From Patescibacteria group bacterium (GTDB lineage: Bacteria; Patescibacteriota; Patescibacteriia; JBHPGJ01), in contig JBHPGJ010000006.1 of assembly GCA_042570545.1 (NCBI GenBank), forward strand, positions 1,327-65,326: a stretch of 64,000 nucleotides of DNA. Reading direction: 5' to 3'. Below the pieces are notes generated by a model. The model ran no database searches. It was not told where the DNA came from and worked only from the letters and a program-made list of their open reading frames with translations. The stretch's first letter is position 1, and the number at the start of each line of letters is the position of its first letter. The position numbers and the translations under genes were made by a program. Below are positions 49,687 to 59,740 of the stretch, piece by piece.

Positions 49687-51375
49687 ATGAAACCTAAAAG
49701 AAAAAAACAACCAAAATCATTACGTATCATTCCTCTTGGCGGCCAAGAAGAAGTTGGTCGTAATATGACCATTTTTGAGTATGGCAACGATATCGTCATT
49801 TTAGATATGGGCATACAGTTTCCTGAGGAGGATATGCCGGGCATAGACTATATCATTCCCAATATTTCTTATCTTAAAGGTAAAGAAAAACGTATTCGGG
49901 GAGTAGTTTTTAGCCACGGTCATCTCGATCACATCGGGGCGGCGCCGATTTTGTTGGAGAAGTTAGGTTATCCGCTTATTATTGGTCGCCCGCTTACTCT
50001 GGAGCTGATAAAAAATCGTCAGGAAAACTATAAGAAAGGTACCACTGGCCGGCTAAAAATCAAACAAATAAAATCAATCAACAATACTGTAAGTCTGGGT
50101 AATTTCACTGCCCGATTTTTTGCTGTTGACCATTCAATTATGGATGCTATTGGTGTGGCCCTAGAAACTCCGCGTGGTACAGTAATCCATCCTGGCGACT
50201 GGAATTATGAGAAAGATCCGATTGGCCGTAAACCGCTTACTTATCATCACTTAGCAAGAATGCGACGACCGACTCTGCTGATGCTGGAAAGTCTAGCGGC
50301 TACCAATATGTCCCCGCGCGTACCAGAAAAGGTGATGTATCGTAATTTGGAGAAACTTATAACCGAAGCCAGCGGCCGGATTATAATTGGTACTTTTTCC
50401 TCACAAATTGAAAGAATCAATTATCTAATTTCTATGGCCGAAAAGTACGGCCGCAAAATTGCTTTTGATGGCTACAGCATGAAGACTAACGTGGAAATTG
50501 CTAGTCGCTTAGGTTATATCAAAATCAAAGAGGATGCCTTTATACCGATAAATAAAATACGTGATTATCCTGATCGGCGAGTAATGATTATCTGCACCGG
50601 TGCCCAGGGCGAGTCGCGAGCGGTGCTCTCCCGTATTGTTGATGGCAGTCATCGTTTTGTTCAAATTAAAAGGACCGATACGGTAGTTTTCTCTTCATCA
50701 GTAATTCCGGGAAACGAACGTACCATTCAACGCCTGAAGGATAACCTCTACCATCTGAGCGATAATGTTATTCATAGTGATATTATGGACGTTCACTCCA
50801 GCGGTCACAGTTCGGCAGCTGATATCGTAGAGGTGGTTAAGCAGATCAAACCGACCTACTTCTTGCCGGTTTATGCTAACTATTACTTTCTTAAGGAAGC
50901 TGAGAAACTAATCACCAAGCATGGTTTTAATAAAAATAATATTTACGTGCTGGAAAATGGTCATGTTCTAGATATGAGAGGCGGCCGGCCCAGAATTTTA
51001 CCCAAAAAAGTAACGACCGATTATGTTTATGTTGACGGACTGGGTATTGGTGATGTCTCCCATATTATCCTGCGTGATCGCCAGCAATTGGCCAACGAAG
51101 GTATGATAGTCATCATTGTGACCATTGATAAACAGTCTGGTCGTCTCATCGATAAGCCGGAAATACTATCCCGGGGTTTTGTCTATATGAAAGAACAGCC
51201 AGAAATCAAAGCTAAGATCGAAAGAAAGGTTAAGCAGATATTGTCTAAATACGATTCTCGCAACCCGGCTAATGAATTAGTAATAAGAAAACGCCTACAA
51301 GACGATGTCGGCCAAATGCTATACAGCATGACCGAAAGACGGCCAATGGTACTGCCGCTAGTAATTGATGTATAA
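49687..51375 (+). CDS. rnj: ribonuclease J (metallo-beta-lactamase/beta-CASP)
   Basis: 562 aa; HGHLDHIGA motif, beta-CASP and C-terminal domain. Confidence 0.85.
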   Translation: MKPKRKKQPKSLRIIPLGGQEEVGRNMTIFEYGNDIVILDMGIQFPEEDMPGIDYIIPNISYLKGKEKRIRGVVFSHGHLDHIGAAPILLEKLGYPLIIGRPLTLELIKNRQENYKKGTTGRLKIKQIKSINNTVSLGNFTARFFAVDHSIMDAIGVALETPRGTVIHPGDWNYEKDPIGRKPLTYHHLARMRRPTLLMLESLAATNMSPRVPEKVMYRNLEKLITEASGRIIIGTFSSQIERINYLISMAEKYGRKIAFDGYSMKTNVEIASRLGYIKIKEDAFIPINKIRDYPDRRVMIICTGAQGESRAVLSRIVDGSHRFVQIKRTDTVVFSSSVIPGNERTIQRLKDNLYHLSDNVIHSDIMDVHSSGHSSAADIVEVVKQIKPTYFLPVYANYYFLKEAEKLITKHGFNKNNIYVLENGHVLDMRGGRPRILPKKVTTDYVYVDGLGIGDVSHIILRDRQQLANEGMIVIIVTIDKQSGRLIDKPEILSRGFVYMKEQPEIKAKIERKVKQILSKYDSRNPANELVIRKRLQDDVGQMLYSMTERRPMVLPLVIDV

Positions 51376-51382
51376 TTAACAT

Positions 51383-52357
51383 ATGATACAGCGCATCTTG
51401 TCAGGCATTCAGCCAACCAGCCAATTGCATATTGGTAATTATTTAGGCGCCTTAAAACAATGGATAGAACTGCAAAATCAGTATGAAAGTTATTTTTGCA
51501 TAGTTGATCTGCACGCTATCACTATTCCCTATGATCCTAAAAAGCTGCCACAGTATATCCTTGATACGGCTATGGATTATTTGGCCAGTGGTATTGATCC
51601 CAAAAAAAGTGTTATTTTCATCCAATCACACTTACCCGAGCATTCTGAATTAATGTGGTTGCTTAGTACCGTTACGCCAATTACGGAATTGCAGCGCATG
51701 ACCCAATTTAAGGAAAAATCGACCAAGCATCAAAAAAATATAAATACTGGCCTGCTGAATTATCCGGTTTTACAAGCGGCTGACATTCTCTTATACAAGC
51801 CAGTTGCTGTACCGGTAGGCGAAGATCAAGTCCAGCACGTTGAACTTACTCGAGCTATTGCCAGAAAATTCAACAATAAATTTGGCCAGGTTTTCACTGA
51901 ACCAAAAGCGAAGATTACTGCGGCCAAACGGATAATGTCTTTAACTGATCCAACCCGCAAAATGTCCAAAACTGACGGTAATCACACCTACATAGCTCTT
52001 AATGACAGTCCGGAAATAATAAAGAGTAAAATTAATAAGGCCGTAACGGCAACTTCTGGTGGTGGTAACAATCCTGGGGTCCAAAACTTACTACTCTTAG
52101 CCAAAGAATTTTCCGCCCCTCATACGGCTAATAAATTTGAAATTGAAGAAAAAGCCGGTACTATAAAATATTCTGAACTAAAAGAACAGCTGGCCAAAGA
52201 CATCGCCGACCATTTTACTAGTTTCCGTAAAAAACGGGCTGCTCTAGAAAAACAACCAGAAAAAGTTAAAAAAATCCTGACTGATGGTGCGGTCAAAGCC
52301 AAGAAAATAGCTGCCGCCACCCTAAAAGAAGTAAAAGAAAAAATGGGGCTGGTTTAG
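51383..52357 (+). CDS. trpS: tryptophan--tRNA ligase
   Basis: 324 aa; HIGN(Y) and KMSKT class I motifs. Confidence 0.9.
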   Translation: MIQRILSGIQPTSQLHIGNYLGALKQWIELQNQYESYFCIVDLHAITIPYDPKKLPQYILDTAMDYLASGIDPKKSVIFIQSHLPEHSELMWLLSTVTPITELQRMTQFKEKSTKHQKNINTGLLNYPVLQAADILLYKPVAVPVGEDQVQHVELTRAIARKFNNKFGQVFTEPKAKITAAKRIMSLTDPTRKMSKTDGNHTYIALNDSPEIIKSKINKAVTATSGGGNNPGVQNLLLLAKEFSAPHTANKFEIEEKAGTIKYSELKEQLAKDIADHFTSFRKKRAALEKQPEKVKKILTDGAVKAKKIAAATLKEVKEKMGLV

Positions 52358-52364
52358 CACCAAA

Positions 52365-52393
52365 TTGACAATTATGATATGACGCCATAATAT
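52365..52393 (+). promoter_or_regulatory. sigma70-type promoter TTGACA-17-TAATAT for small orphan gene
   Basis: Consensus -35, 17-nt spacer, good -10; GGGAG RBS before ATG 52430. Confidence 0.4.
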
Positions 52394-52429
52394 TACGGCG
52401 TTGTTCTTGTCTCAACTCGGGAGTAGCCG

Positions 52430-52681
52430 ATGAAAAAACCGACTATATATGTAGTCTTTCGGAGCGATGAGCTAACAGTTGAACGGGCTTACCGGCTGTC
52501 AGAATCGACCCAACAAAAAGATACTTGTTTCGCCCAAATTGATGGCGGTATATTTGTGGTCAAGCTGGGCGGTTGGGACGATAAAATACCCTGTGCCGGA
52601 TTCTTTACCAGAATCGAGGCTGATACTTTCATCAGCCAGCAGGGTGGCGTTGCTGCCAAAGCCTACGCCAAAAAACATTGA
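52430..52681 (+). CDS. small hypothetical protein (83 aa)
   Basis: Own promoter, RBS and terminator; no recognised motif. Confidence 0.45.
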   Translation: MKKPTIYVVFRSDELTVERAYRLSESTQQKDTCFAQIDGGIFVVKLGGWDDKIPCAGFFTRIEADTFISQQGGVAAKAYAKKH

Positions 52682-52721
52682 AGTCTTTTTCGCCGCATCG
52701 AGGAAGACTTCTTTATTTATC
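52680..52721 (+). terminator. intrinsic terminator (gaagtctt/aagacttc + T-rich)
   Basis: 8-bp stem with 16-nt loop followed by tttatttat. Confidence 0.4.
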
Positions 52722-53504
52722 GACGCTGGCTAGTTCTAGTCTTACTTTGCGGCCCAACAAATTCTCAGCGATATTTTGAAAATGAGGCGTAACATCAGAC
52801 ACAAAAAAATGTTGACCATTCTGCTGCCGGGCTTTATCGGCTTGTTCCGGATTGTTTTTTAGCCACCCCTTTATTTGTCCTACTGTTTCTGATGCTGGGT
52901 CAACTAAAGACACGGCGTAGCCAATTTTGCGTGCAATGGCATCGTGCAGTAGTGGATAGTGAGTACAGCCAAGGATCAGAGTATCAATATTCTTTTGTTT
53001 CAAAGGTAACAGATATCGCTTCAAAATCATCATTGACTCTGAGCGTTTAAGCCAATTCTCTTCTACCAGAGGAACCAGTAATGGCGCCGCCTGACTATAA
53101 ACCTCATGATCCTTATCCCGTTTTCTCAGTTCGTGTTTATAGATATGACTATTGATCGTGGCTCGAGTGCCAATGACGCCGATTTTTTTGTTTTGGGTCA
53201 GTCTTTCTGCCGCTAATACAGCCGGAGAGATGACTTCAAAAACCGGTACCTTGAGTTCCTTTTTAAGAAACTCGGCAGCCACTGCCGAGGCGGTGTTGCA
53301 AGCAATCACGATCATTGAAGCGCCTTGCCGCAACAGAAAATTAGCATCTTCCAGAGCATACTGTTTTATGGTTTTTTCGCTTTTGGTACCGTAGGGGGTA
53401 CGAGCAGTATCACCAAAATATATTACCGGGTAATCAGGTAGCTGCTGAAATATCTCTTTGACTACTGTTAAGCCGCCAATACCGGAATCAAATACGCCAA
53501 TCAT
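52713..53504 (-). CDS. murI: glutamate racemase MurI
   Basis: IGVFDSGIGGLTV, CNTAS motifs; start set at MIGVF (53504) to avoid overlap with upstream gene; ORF track extends to 53579. Confidence 0.85.
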   Translation of the reverse strand: MIGVFDSGIGGLTVVKEIFQQLPDYPVIYFGDTARTPYGTKSEKTIKQYALEDANFLLRQGASMIVIACNTASAVAAEFLKKELKVPVFEVISPAVLAAERLTQNKKIGVIGTRATINSHIYKHELRKRDKDHEVYSQAAPLLVPLVEENWLKRSESMMILKRYLLPLKQKNIDTLILGCTHYPLLHDAIARKIGYAVSLVDPASETVGQIKGWLKNNPEQADKARQQNGQHFFVSDVTPHFQNIAENLLGRKVRLELASVDK

Positions 53505-53505
53505 A

Positions 53506-54933
53506 TTACGACAACGCCTCAGTATTAACGTTAATATCCGACGACCAGTCAATTTCATCAAACTTATGCAACAAATCATATAGAAATTTCTTCAACACAT
53601 CATATTGCTTCTGTTCTTTAGCCTCAAATTTGATTGTCAGATAGGGGCCATTTTGTGAGTAGCGGATCACCAGCATACTATCAGGCAATTCCAACCTGAC
53701 TCCATCACCAGCCCGACCATCATCGATCACTTCGGCCTCGGGAAAATCCCGTTCTAGTAGTGGACTAATTTTTTTCATCAAAGCTACCTTCTTATCATCT
53801 TGGCTAAATATTTTTATTTCTGGGCTGGAGATATATTTGGGTAAAGTATCTAATACTTCATCTAGAGTTTGTCCGTTCTCGGCTAGAAATTTCAGCAACC
53901 GTAAAGTTGAGTATAGACCATCGTCGTGATTATAGAAGTCGGCCGAAAAGAAAAAGTGGCCTGATAGCTCACCGATAAAAGCCGCTTTTACTTCCTGGTT
54001 CTTTTTCTTCAAGAAAGAGTGGCCGGTTTGCCACATAAATGGCTCACCGCCGTGCTTGATGATAGTTTCTGAGACCACTTTCGAACACAGGGTATTGAAC
54101 ATTATCTTCTGTCCTGGATGTTCTTTAAGTACATCCATGGCAAAAATAGCCACCAGAATATCATTCCAAATAATAGTGCCCTTGGCGTCAACAATACCAA
54201 TCCGATCACCGTCAGGATCATAAGTAAATCCGATATCGGCCTGGCTGTCTATTACTTCATCTCTTAACCTTTCCATTACGTCCCTTTCGGTGGGATCAGG
54301 AGTACCAAGGGGAAAACTGGGATCAATATTGGTATTTTTCTCCACTACTTCACAACCGGCTTGTCGTAAAAACTCCGGGGCAATTTCACCAGCGGTGGAA
54401 TTACTTGGATCAATCAACACTTTAAATTTTTTCTTTATAGGCAGACGCTTTAAAATATCATCAAAATATACCTGTCTAATGTCCTGCTTGGTTACCGGGC
54501 CTGGCTGTTCGCTTTTTTCATAATCCTCTGCCTGTACCATCCGAAGTAATTCCTGCATACCGTCAGTAACTAAAGTTTCCGATAAGCCGTTGGCAAATTT
54601 AAATCCATTATAGGGAGCTGGATTATGTGAGGCGGTAACCATCACGCCGCCTGGCCGTTTTAGATAATGCTGGGCCCAATAAAAAGTGCCGACCATATTC
54701 ATACCAATATCAACGACGTCAATGCCGGCCCAGCTTAGGCCTTTGATCAATGCTTCACTATAAGCCGGACTGGTAGCTCGGCAATCACGGCTGACAATTG
54801 CTTTGGCTATGTCGTGTCTTTTTAAATAAGTGCCAAACGCTTTGCCTAAATGTTCGGCCAGTTCCGGACTCAAATCTTCATCGACCAATCCTCTTAAATC
54901 GTAGCCACGAAATATTAAAGGATTTACTTTCAT
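53506..54933 (-). CDS. phosphomannomutase/phosphoglucomutase (alpha-D-phosphohexomutase family)
   Basis: 475 aa; active-site [11 protein letters not shown], metal-binding DPDGDR. Confidence 0.8.
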   Translation of the reverse strand: MKVNPLIFRGYDLRGLVDEDLSPELAEHLGKAFGTYLKRHDIAKAIVSRDCRATSPAYSEALIKGLSWAGIDVVDIGMNMVGTFYWAQHYLKRPGGVMVTASHNPAPYNGFKFANGLSETLVTDGMQELLRMVQAEDYEKSEQPGPVTKQDIRQVYFDDILKRLPIKKKFKVLIDPSNSTAGEIAPEFLRQAGCEVVEKNTNIDPSFPLGTPDPTERDVMERLRDEVIDSQADIGFTYDPDGDRIGIVDAKGTIIWNDILVAIFAMDVLKEHPGQKIMFNTLCSKVVSETIIKHGGEPFMWQTGHSFLKKKNQEVKAAFIGELSGHFFFSADFYNHDDGLYSTLRLLKFLAENGQTLDEVLDTLPKYISSPEIKIFSQDDKKVALMKKISPLLERDFPEAEVIDDGRAGDGVRLELPDSMLVIRYSQNGPYLTIKFEAKEQKQYDVLKKFLYDLLHKFDEIDWSSDINVNTEALS

Positions 54934-55064
54934 ATATTAAATTTATTTTACTAGTTAAATATCTCTGGATTGCTATTACTACAGAAAATACCATTGATAG
55001 CAGCCCAAAGTCAATAAAACCAACTGGAAAAAACAATCCAATATGCTACAATAGCCCCACTATT

Positions 55065-56342
55065 ATGATGGAAAACTTATCCCAATATGACCCCGAATTA
55101 GCAGCTGTTATCAAAGGCGAGCTAGATCGGCAGAGAAATGGCCTGGAGATGATTGCCTCAGAAAATTTTGTCTCCTTGCCGGTATTAGAAGCAACCGGTA
55201 CAGTTTTGACTAACAAATACTCAGAGGGTTATCCTGGTCGCCGGTATTACGGTGGCAATGAATACATTGATCAATCAGAAAATTTGGCCATTGAACGGGC
55301 GCTTAAGATTTTTGGAGCTGAGCATGCAAATGTCCAGCCGCATTCGGGTTCAACTGCCAATATGGCCGCTTATTTAGCCGTATTAAATGCTGGTGATAAA
55401 ATTTTGGGAATGGATCTGGCGGCGGGTGGGCACCTCACTCATGGTTCTAAGGTTAGTTTTTCCGGCCAGCTATATCAGGCCGTATCATATGGGGTGAACA
55501 AGAAATCTCACTTAATTGATATCGATGAAGTACAAGCAGTGGCCAAAAAACACCAGCCCAAGTTAATTATTGCCGGCGCTTCGGCCTATCCCCGCTTTAT
55601 CAATTGGGAAGAATTTCTAAAGGTGGCTGAGGAGGTAGGCGCTTATTTATTAGTTGATATGGCTCATGTGGCCGGATTAATAGCTGCTAAGCTTCATCCT
55701 GATCCAGTGCCCTTTGCTGATATTATAACCACCACTACCCATAAAACACTTCGCGGACCAAGAGGGGCTATGATCTTGTGCAAAAAAAATGATCGACTTG
55801 ATACTCAGGGGAAAAAGAATTTAGCTCAGAAGATCGATTCAGCCGTCATGCCAGGTGCGCAAGGCGGGCCCCTAGATCACGTCATTGCCGCTAAGGCAGT
55901 GGCTTTCAAAGAAGCTTTAGAGCCGTCATTTGTTGAGTACCAAAAGCAAGTGATCATCAATGCTAAAACTTTAGAAATTGAATTTAATAAAGAAGGCCTT
56001 ACTATGGTCAGTGGCGGTACTGATAATCATTTGTTGCTTCTCGATCTAAGTAATTTAAATATTACCGGCAAAACTGCCGAGACCGTATTAGATGGTGTCG
56101 GTATTTTCACCAATAAGAACGGCGTGCCTTTTGACCCGCGTAAACCGTTTGACCCGTCAGGCCTACGCTTAGGTACCCCAGCCTTGACCACTCGTGGTCT
56201 GGTTGAAAAAGATATGGAATTAGTCGGACAGTTAATTGTCAAGGTACTGAAAAATCCCGAAGATCAAAATGTACTAACCGAGGTCAAGTCACAAGTAGCT
56301 GATCTGGTCAAAAAGTTTCCTCTCTACTCGGAGCTTACATAA
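55065..56342 (+). CDS. glyA: serine hydroxymethyltransferase GlyA
   Basis: PLP-lysine region [13 protein letters not shown]; start taken at [12 protein letters not shown] (55065) rather than ORF-track 54798; TGnTACAAT extended -10 just upstream. Confidence 0.9.
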   Translation: MMENLSQYDPELAAVIKGELDRQRNGLEMIASENFVSLPVLEATGTVLTNKYSEGYPGRRYYGGNEYIDQSENLAIERALKIFGAEHANVQPHSGSTANMAAYLAVLNAGDKILGMDLAAGGHLTHGSKVSFSGQLYQAVSYGVNKKSHLIDIDEVQAVAKKHQPKLIIAGASAYPRFINWEEFLKVAEEVGAYLLVDMAHVAGLIAAKLHPDPVPFADIITTTTHKTLRGPRGAMILCKKNDRLDTQGKKNLAQKIDSAVMPGAQGGPLDHVIAAKAVAFKEALEPSFVEYQKQVIINAKTLEIEFNKEGLTMVSGGTDNHLLLLDLSNLNITGKTAETVLDGVGIFTNKNGVPFDPRKPFDPSGLRLGTPALTTRGLVEKDMELVGQLIVKVLKNPEDQNVLTEVKSQVADLVKKFPLYSELT

Positions 56343-56343
56343 T

Positions 56344-57156
56344 ATGGCAAAAATCATTGATGGTAAAAAATTAGCCGATGCTAAATTGGCTGAGTTGAAA
56401 AACAAAATTAAGCGATCGGATAAAACTCCTGGCCTGGCTATTGTAATTGTCGGTGATGATCCGTCATCTAAACTATACGTGTCGCTGAAAAAAAAAGCAG
56501 CCAAAGAGGTTGGGATTTATTTTAAGTTACATACTTTTCCAAGTAACACTACTAGCGATAAAATAATTAGTACAATAAAAGAGCTTAATCATGACAAGAC
56601 AATTCACGGGATAGTCGTCCAGCTACCTCTACCAGCTGGTCAAGATACCAATGCTATCATCGCCAGCTTGGATCCGGCTAAGGATGTAGATGGTTTTCAG
56701 CCTGACAATATTAATAAATATCTGGCTGGCCGGGTAAATAAGATGCCTCTGCTGATCAGTGTTATCGACCAGTTAATCGATTCTACCGAACAACCACTCA
56801 AGAATAAAAGAGTGGCCCTGGCTACTAAAATAGGCGTATTCTCCAGGGCTTTAATGCATTATTTCTCTTCTCAGGGTGCTCTAGTAGAAATTACCCCGCC
56901 TGATAATCCGGTCATCGGCCAGTCTGATTTTGTGATTTCGGCGCTGGGTCTGCCGCAAATTATCACCGCTAACCACATTAAAAGAGGGGCGGTAGTTATC
57001 GATGTCGGTATTACGAAGATCGGTCGTAAAACACTCGGTGACGTTGATCAAAAATCAGTCGCTCCAATTGCCGGTTACCTTACTCCGGTCCCTGGTGGCG
57101 TCGGACCAATGACGGTAGCCATGCTGTTGGAAAGAACTTACAATAGTAGTAAATAA
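56344..57156 (+). CDS. folD: bifunctional 5,10-methylene-THF dehydrogenase/cyclohydrolase FolD
   Basis: 270 aa; canonical FolD N-terminus and NAD(P) binding. Confidence 0.9.
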   Translation: MAKIIDGKKLADAKLAELKNKIKRSDKTPGLAIVIVGDDPSSKLYVSLKKKAAKEVGIYFKLHTFPSNTTSDKIISTIKELNHDKTIHGIVVQLPLPAGQDTNAIIASLDPAKDVDGFQPDNINKYLAGRVNKMPLLISVIDQLIDSTEQPLKNKRVALATKIGVFSRALMHYFSSQGALVEITPPDNPVIGQSDFVISALGLPQIITANHIKRGAVVIDVGITKIGRKTLGDVDQKSVAPIAGYLTPVPGGVGPMTVAMLLERTYNSSK

Positions 57157-57157
57157 T

Positions 57158-57694
57158 ATGACAGCAACCAAAGATCCGTTAGAGTTTTACAAGCATTGTC
57201 CCAGATGTGGTGGTGAGTTAACGGTAAAGCCCCATCATGAGGAAAAAGCTAAACTAATATGTCAAAAATGCGGATTTGTATTTCACCAACATCCAACCGC
57301 TGCGGTATTTGCATTAATTACAAACAACCAGGATGAACTACTACTGGTTAAACGACGTTTCCCGCCCCATAAAAACAGTTGGGATGTTCCTGGTGGTTTT
57401 ATTGAAATTGGCGAGGAAGCCGAGAAAGCGGTGATTAGAGAAATCAAGGAAGAAATTAATGTGGTCTTTCGACCAGCTAAAATATTAGGCACCTATCATG
57501 ATTGGTATGAGCATAAAGGTTTGTATTATTCTGTCATCAATATTGGTTTTGTCGGCGATATCAGTGGCCTGCCCAATGCTGGTTCCGACGCTTCAGCTGT
57601 TGACTGGCATTCATTATCAAAATTGCCACTAGAGATTTATTTCAATTATATTACACGATCAATTAATGATCTTATAAAATCAAAAGATACCTAA
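57158..57694 (+). CDS. NUDIX hydrolase with N-terminal zinc ribbon
   Basis: CPRCGG...CQKCG; Nudix box GGFIEIGEEAEKAVIREIKEEINV. Confidence 0.75.
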   Translation: MTATKDPLEFYKHCPRCGGELTVKPHHEEKAKLICQKCGFVFHQHPTAAVFALITNNQDELLLVKRRFPPHKNSWDVPGGFIEIGEEAEKAVIREIKEEINVVFRPAKILGTYHDWYEHKGLYYSVINIGFVGDISGLPNAGSDASAVDWHSLSKLPLEIYFNYITRSINDLIKSKDT

Positions 57695-57713
57695 ATGGGA
57701 TACCATCATATCA

Positions 57714-58253
57714 ATGATTAAAATGAAAACTAAATACAACTATTGTCCCATTTGTGGTCACAAACTGGTCTGGCAGCATGAATCTAAACACCACCTAAAA
57801 GAACCTAAAAGACAGCTATGTACTAACTGCCAGTTCGTACTTTATGAAAGCACGGCCTCAACCGTAAGTGCCCTTATACTTAACAATAAAAAAGAAGTTT
57901 TGCTGGCTAAGCGCAATGGCCCGCCCAATCCCGGCTATTGGGATGCTATTGGCGGTTTTCTTGAAGGTGGCGAGCATCCAATTACCGGTCTGAAGAGAGA
58001 AATCAAAGAAGAAATAAACGTCACCCTTAAAGATATTAAGTATTTTAATATCTATATGGATACTTATTATCATCGCCAGCTTACCTCGTATACGATGAAC
58101 ATTTATTTCACCGCTACTATTGCCAGTGGTTCACCAAAAGCATCAAGTGACGTGGCCGGAGTAAAATGGCACTCCTTAAAAAAACTACCAGCCAAGATTG
58201 CTTTTCCCAATGTCAGTAAAGCCTTAAAAGACTTAGTGAAAAAAATTAAATAA
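57714..58253 (+). CDS. NUDIX hydrolase with N-terminal zinc ribbon (paralog of preceding gene)
   Basis: CPICGH...CTNCQF; Nudix box GGFLEGGEHPITGLKREIKEEINV. Confidence 0.75.
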   Translation: MIKMKTKYNYCPICGHKLVWQHESKHHLKEPKRQLCTNCQFVLYESTASTVSALILNNKKEVLLAKRNGPPNPGYWDAIGGFLEGGEHPITGLKREIKEEINVTLKDIKYFNIYMDTYYHRQLTSYTMNIYFTATIASGSPKASSDVAGVKWHSLKKLPAKIAFPNVSKALKDLVKKIK

Positions 58254-59332
58254 TGTCTTTCTCAATCGGCATTGTCGGCCTGCCTAATGTCGGCAAATCA
58301 ACTCTCTTCCAAGCCCTGACCAAGAAACAGGTGGATGTTTCTAATTATCCCTTTGCTACCATTGATCCCAACGTCGGGGTGGTGGCAGTGCCTGACCAGA
58401 GATTAGATAAAATTGCCCAGATAACCAATTCAGCCAAAGCCATGCCAACCACAATAGAATTCCTTGATATTGCTGGTTTAGTAAAAGGCGCTCACAAGGG
58501 CGAAGGCTTGGGCAATCAATTCTTGTCACATATTCGGGAAGTCAAAGCTATTGCTCATGTTATTAGAACGTTTAGCGATCCTGATGTGGTTCATGTGGCC
58601 GGGCAAAGTGAGCCACAAAACGATATAGATACTATAAACATTGAACTGCTTATGGCTGACCTTAAAACGGTACAAAATAAATTGGCTGAAGTAGTGCCTA
58701 AAGCTAATAGTGGCGAAAAAGAAATGCAGGCTTTGTTGCCGGTGTTGGAGAAGGTCGAAGCAGGTTTTAATCAGGGCCAGTTAACTCGTCAGCTGGGTTT
58801 ATCCGATGATGAATTATTGCAAATCAATGATTTAAATTTACTAACCTTAAAGCCAACTATTTACGTGCTCAACGTGGGCGAAGAATACTTCAAAGATCTA
58901 TCTAAAGCGTCAGTACCCGACAGCATCGCTGGCCAGCCGACGGTGCCCATTTCCGCTAAAATTGAAGCTGAGTTGTCTGAGCTGGATGAAGCCGATGCTC
59001 AAGAATATTTAAAAGATCTCCACTTGGAAAAAACCGGCCTAGAAAGACTGATAACTACCAGCTACCAAGCGCTTGATTTAATTACCTTTTTCTCCGCCAA
59101 TCCTAAAGAAGCTCACGCCTGGACAGTAAAACGAGATACTCTTATACCTGAAGCGGCCGGAGTCATACACACCGATTTTCAGACGGGCTTCATCCGAGCC
59201 GATGTAATTAATTGGCAGCAGCTGATATCTGCCGGCTCCGAACAGGCAGCTAAAGAAAAAGGCTTAATCGCAACTGAGGGTAAAGATTATGTCGTTCAAG
59301 ATGGTGATGTAATCTTTATACACGCCAATTAA
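58253..59332 (+). CDS. ychF: redox-regulated ATPase YchF (Obg-family)
   Basis: 359 aa; G1 GIVGLPNVGKST, TGS C-terminal domain. Confidence 0.9.
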   Translation: MSFSIGIVGLPNVGKSTLFQALTKKQVDVSNYPFATIDPNVGVVAVPDQRLDKIAQITNSAKAMPTTIEFLDIAGLVKGAHKGEGLGNQFLSHIREVKAIAHVIRTFSDPDVVHVAGQSEPQNDIDTINIELLMADLKTVQNKLAEVVPKANSGEKEMQALLPVLEKVEAGFNQGQLTRQLGLSDDELLQINDLNLLTLKPTIYVLNVGEEYFKDLSKASVPDSIAGQPTVPISAKIEAELSELDEADAQEYLKDLHLEKTGLERLITTSYQALDLITFFSANPKEAHAWTVKRDTLIPEAAGVIHTDFQTGFIRADVINWQQLISAGSEQAAKEKGLIATEGKDYVVQDGDVIFIHAN

Positions 59333-59371
59333 TAAATTGACTATCGGTAAAATATAAGATAAACTGTCAGT

Positions 59372-59740
59372 GGTTTCTTCAAAATCGCCTGAAAATTGTG
59401 GAGGGTGGTCGTTTAGCATGACATCAATTTCTAATCGATGGTCTCAGTGAAAGGAGAGTATATGAAAGCGCCTCCGCTGCGTCGAGCGGGAAATTGGTTT
59501 TTCTTTACCCTTTTCCTTCCCCGCAGATACTACCACACGCGGTATTGAAAGGAGGTGATCATGTCTATGCAGGGCTAATCACCCTGCCTCATGGGAATAA
59601 AATCCCAAGCCCATGAGCATCGAAAGGAGTGATGCGTTAAACAAAAACAAAGTATTCCCGAGCCTGAAACTGGTCCGGGAGGAGCGTTTACTGGTTTTGA
59701 AGGCTGAGGCCTGCCTCGTGGGGGCCTCTTTTATTTTTAT
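59372..59740 (+). ncRNA. candidate structured ncRNA/small-peptide locus (unclassified) bounded by TTGACT-17-TAAACT promoter and intrinsic terminator
   Basis: About 400-bp convergent intergenic region with higher G+C, several perfect short hairpins, three GAAAGGAG repeats, 28-codon sORF (59462-59548) with strong SD, terminator hairpin 59707-59733 + T-tract. Confidence 0.25.

Noticed and set aside
59333-59740. Identification of the structured intergenic region as RNase P RNA, tmRNA, SRP RNA or 5S rRNA
   Set aside because: Conserved blocks (GGAAAGUCCGGGCUCC, ACAGAA-CCGGCUUA, the tRNA-like GGUUCGA...CCA end, the SRP AGGUCAGGUCCGGAAGGAAGCAGC) are absent. Only a weak GGUCCGGGAGGAGC resemblance to SRP helix 8 was seen. 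The region is left unclassified.
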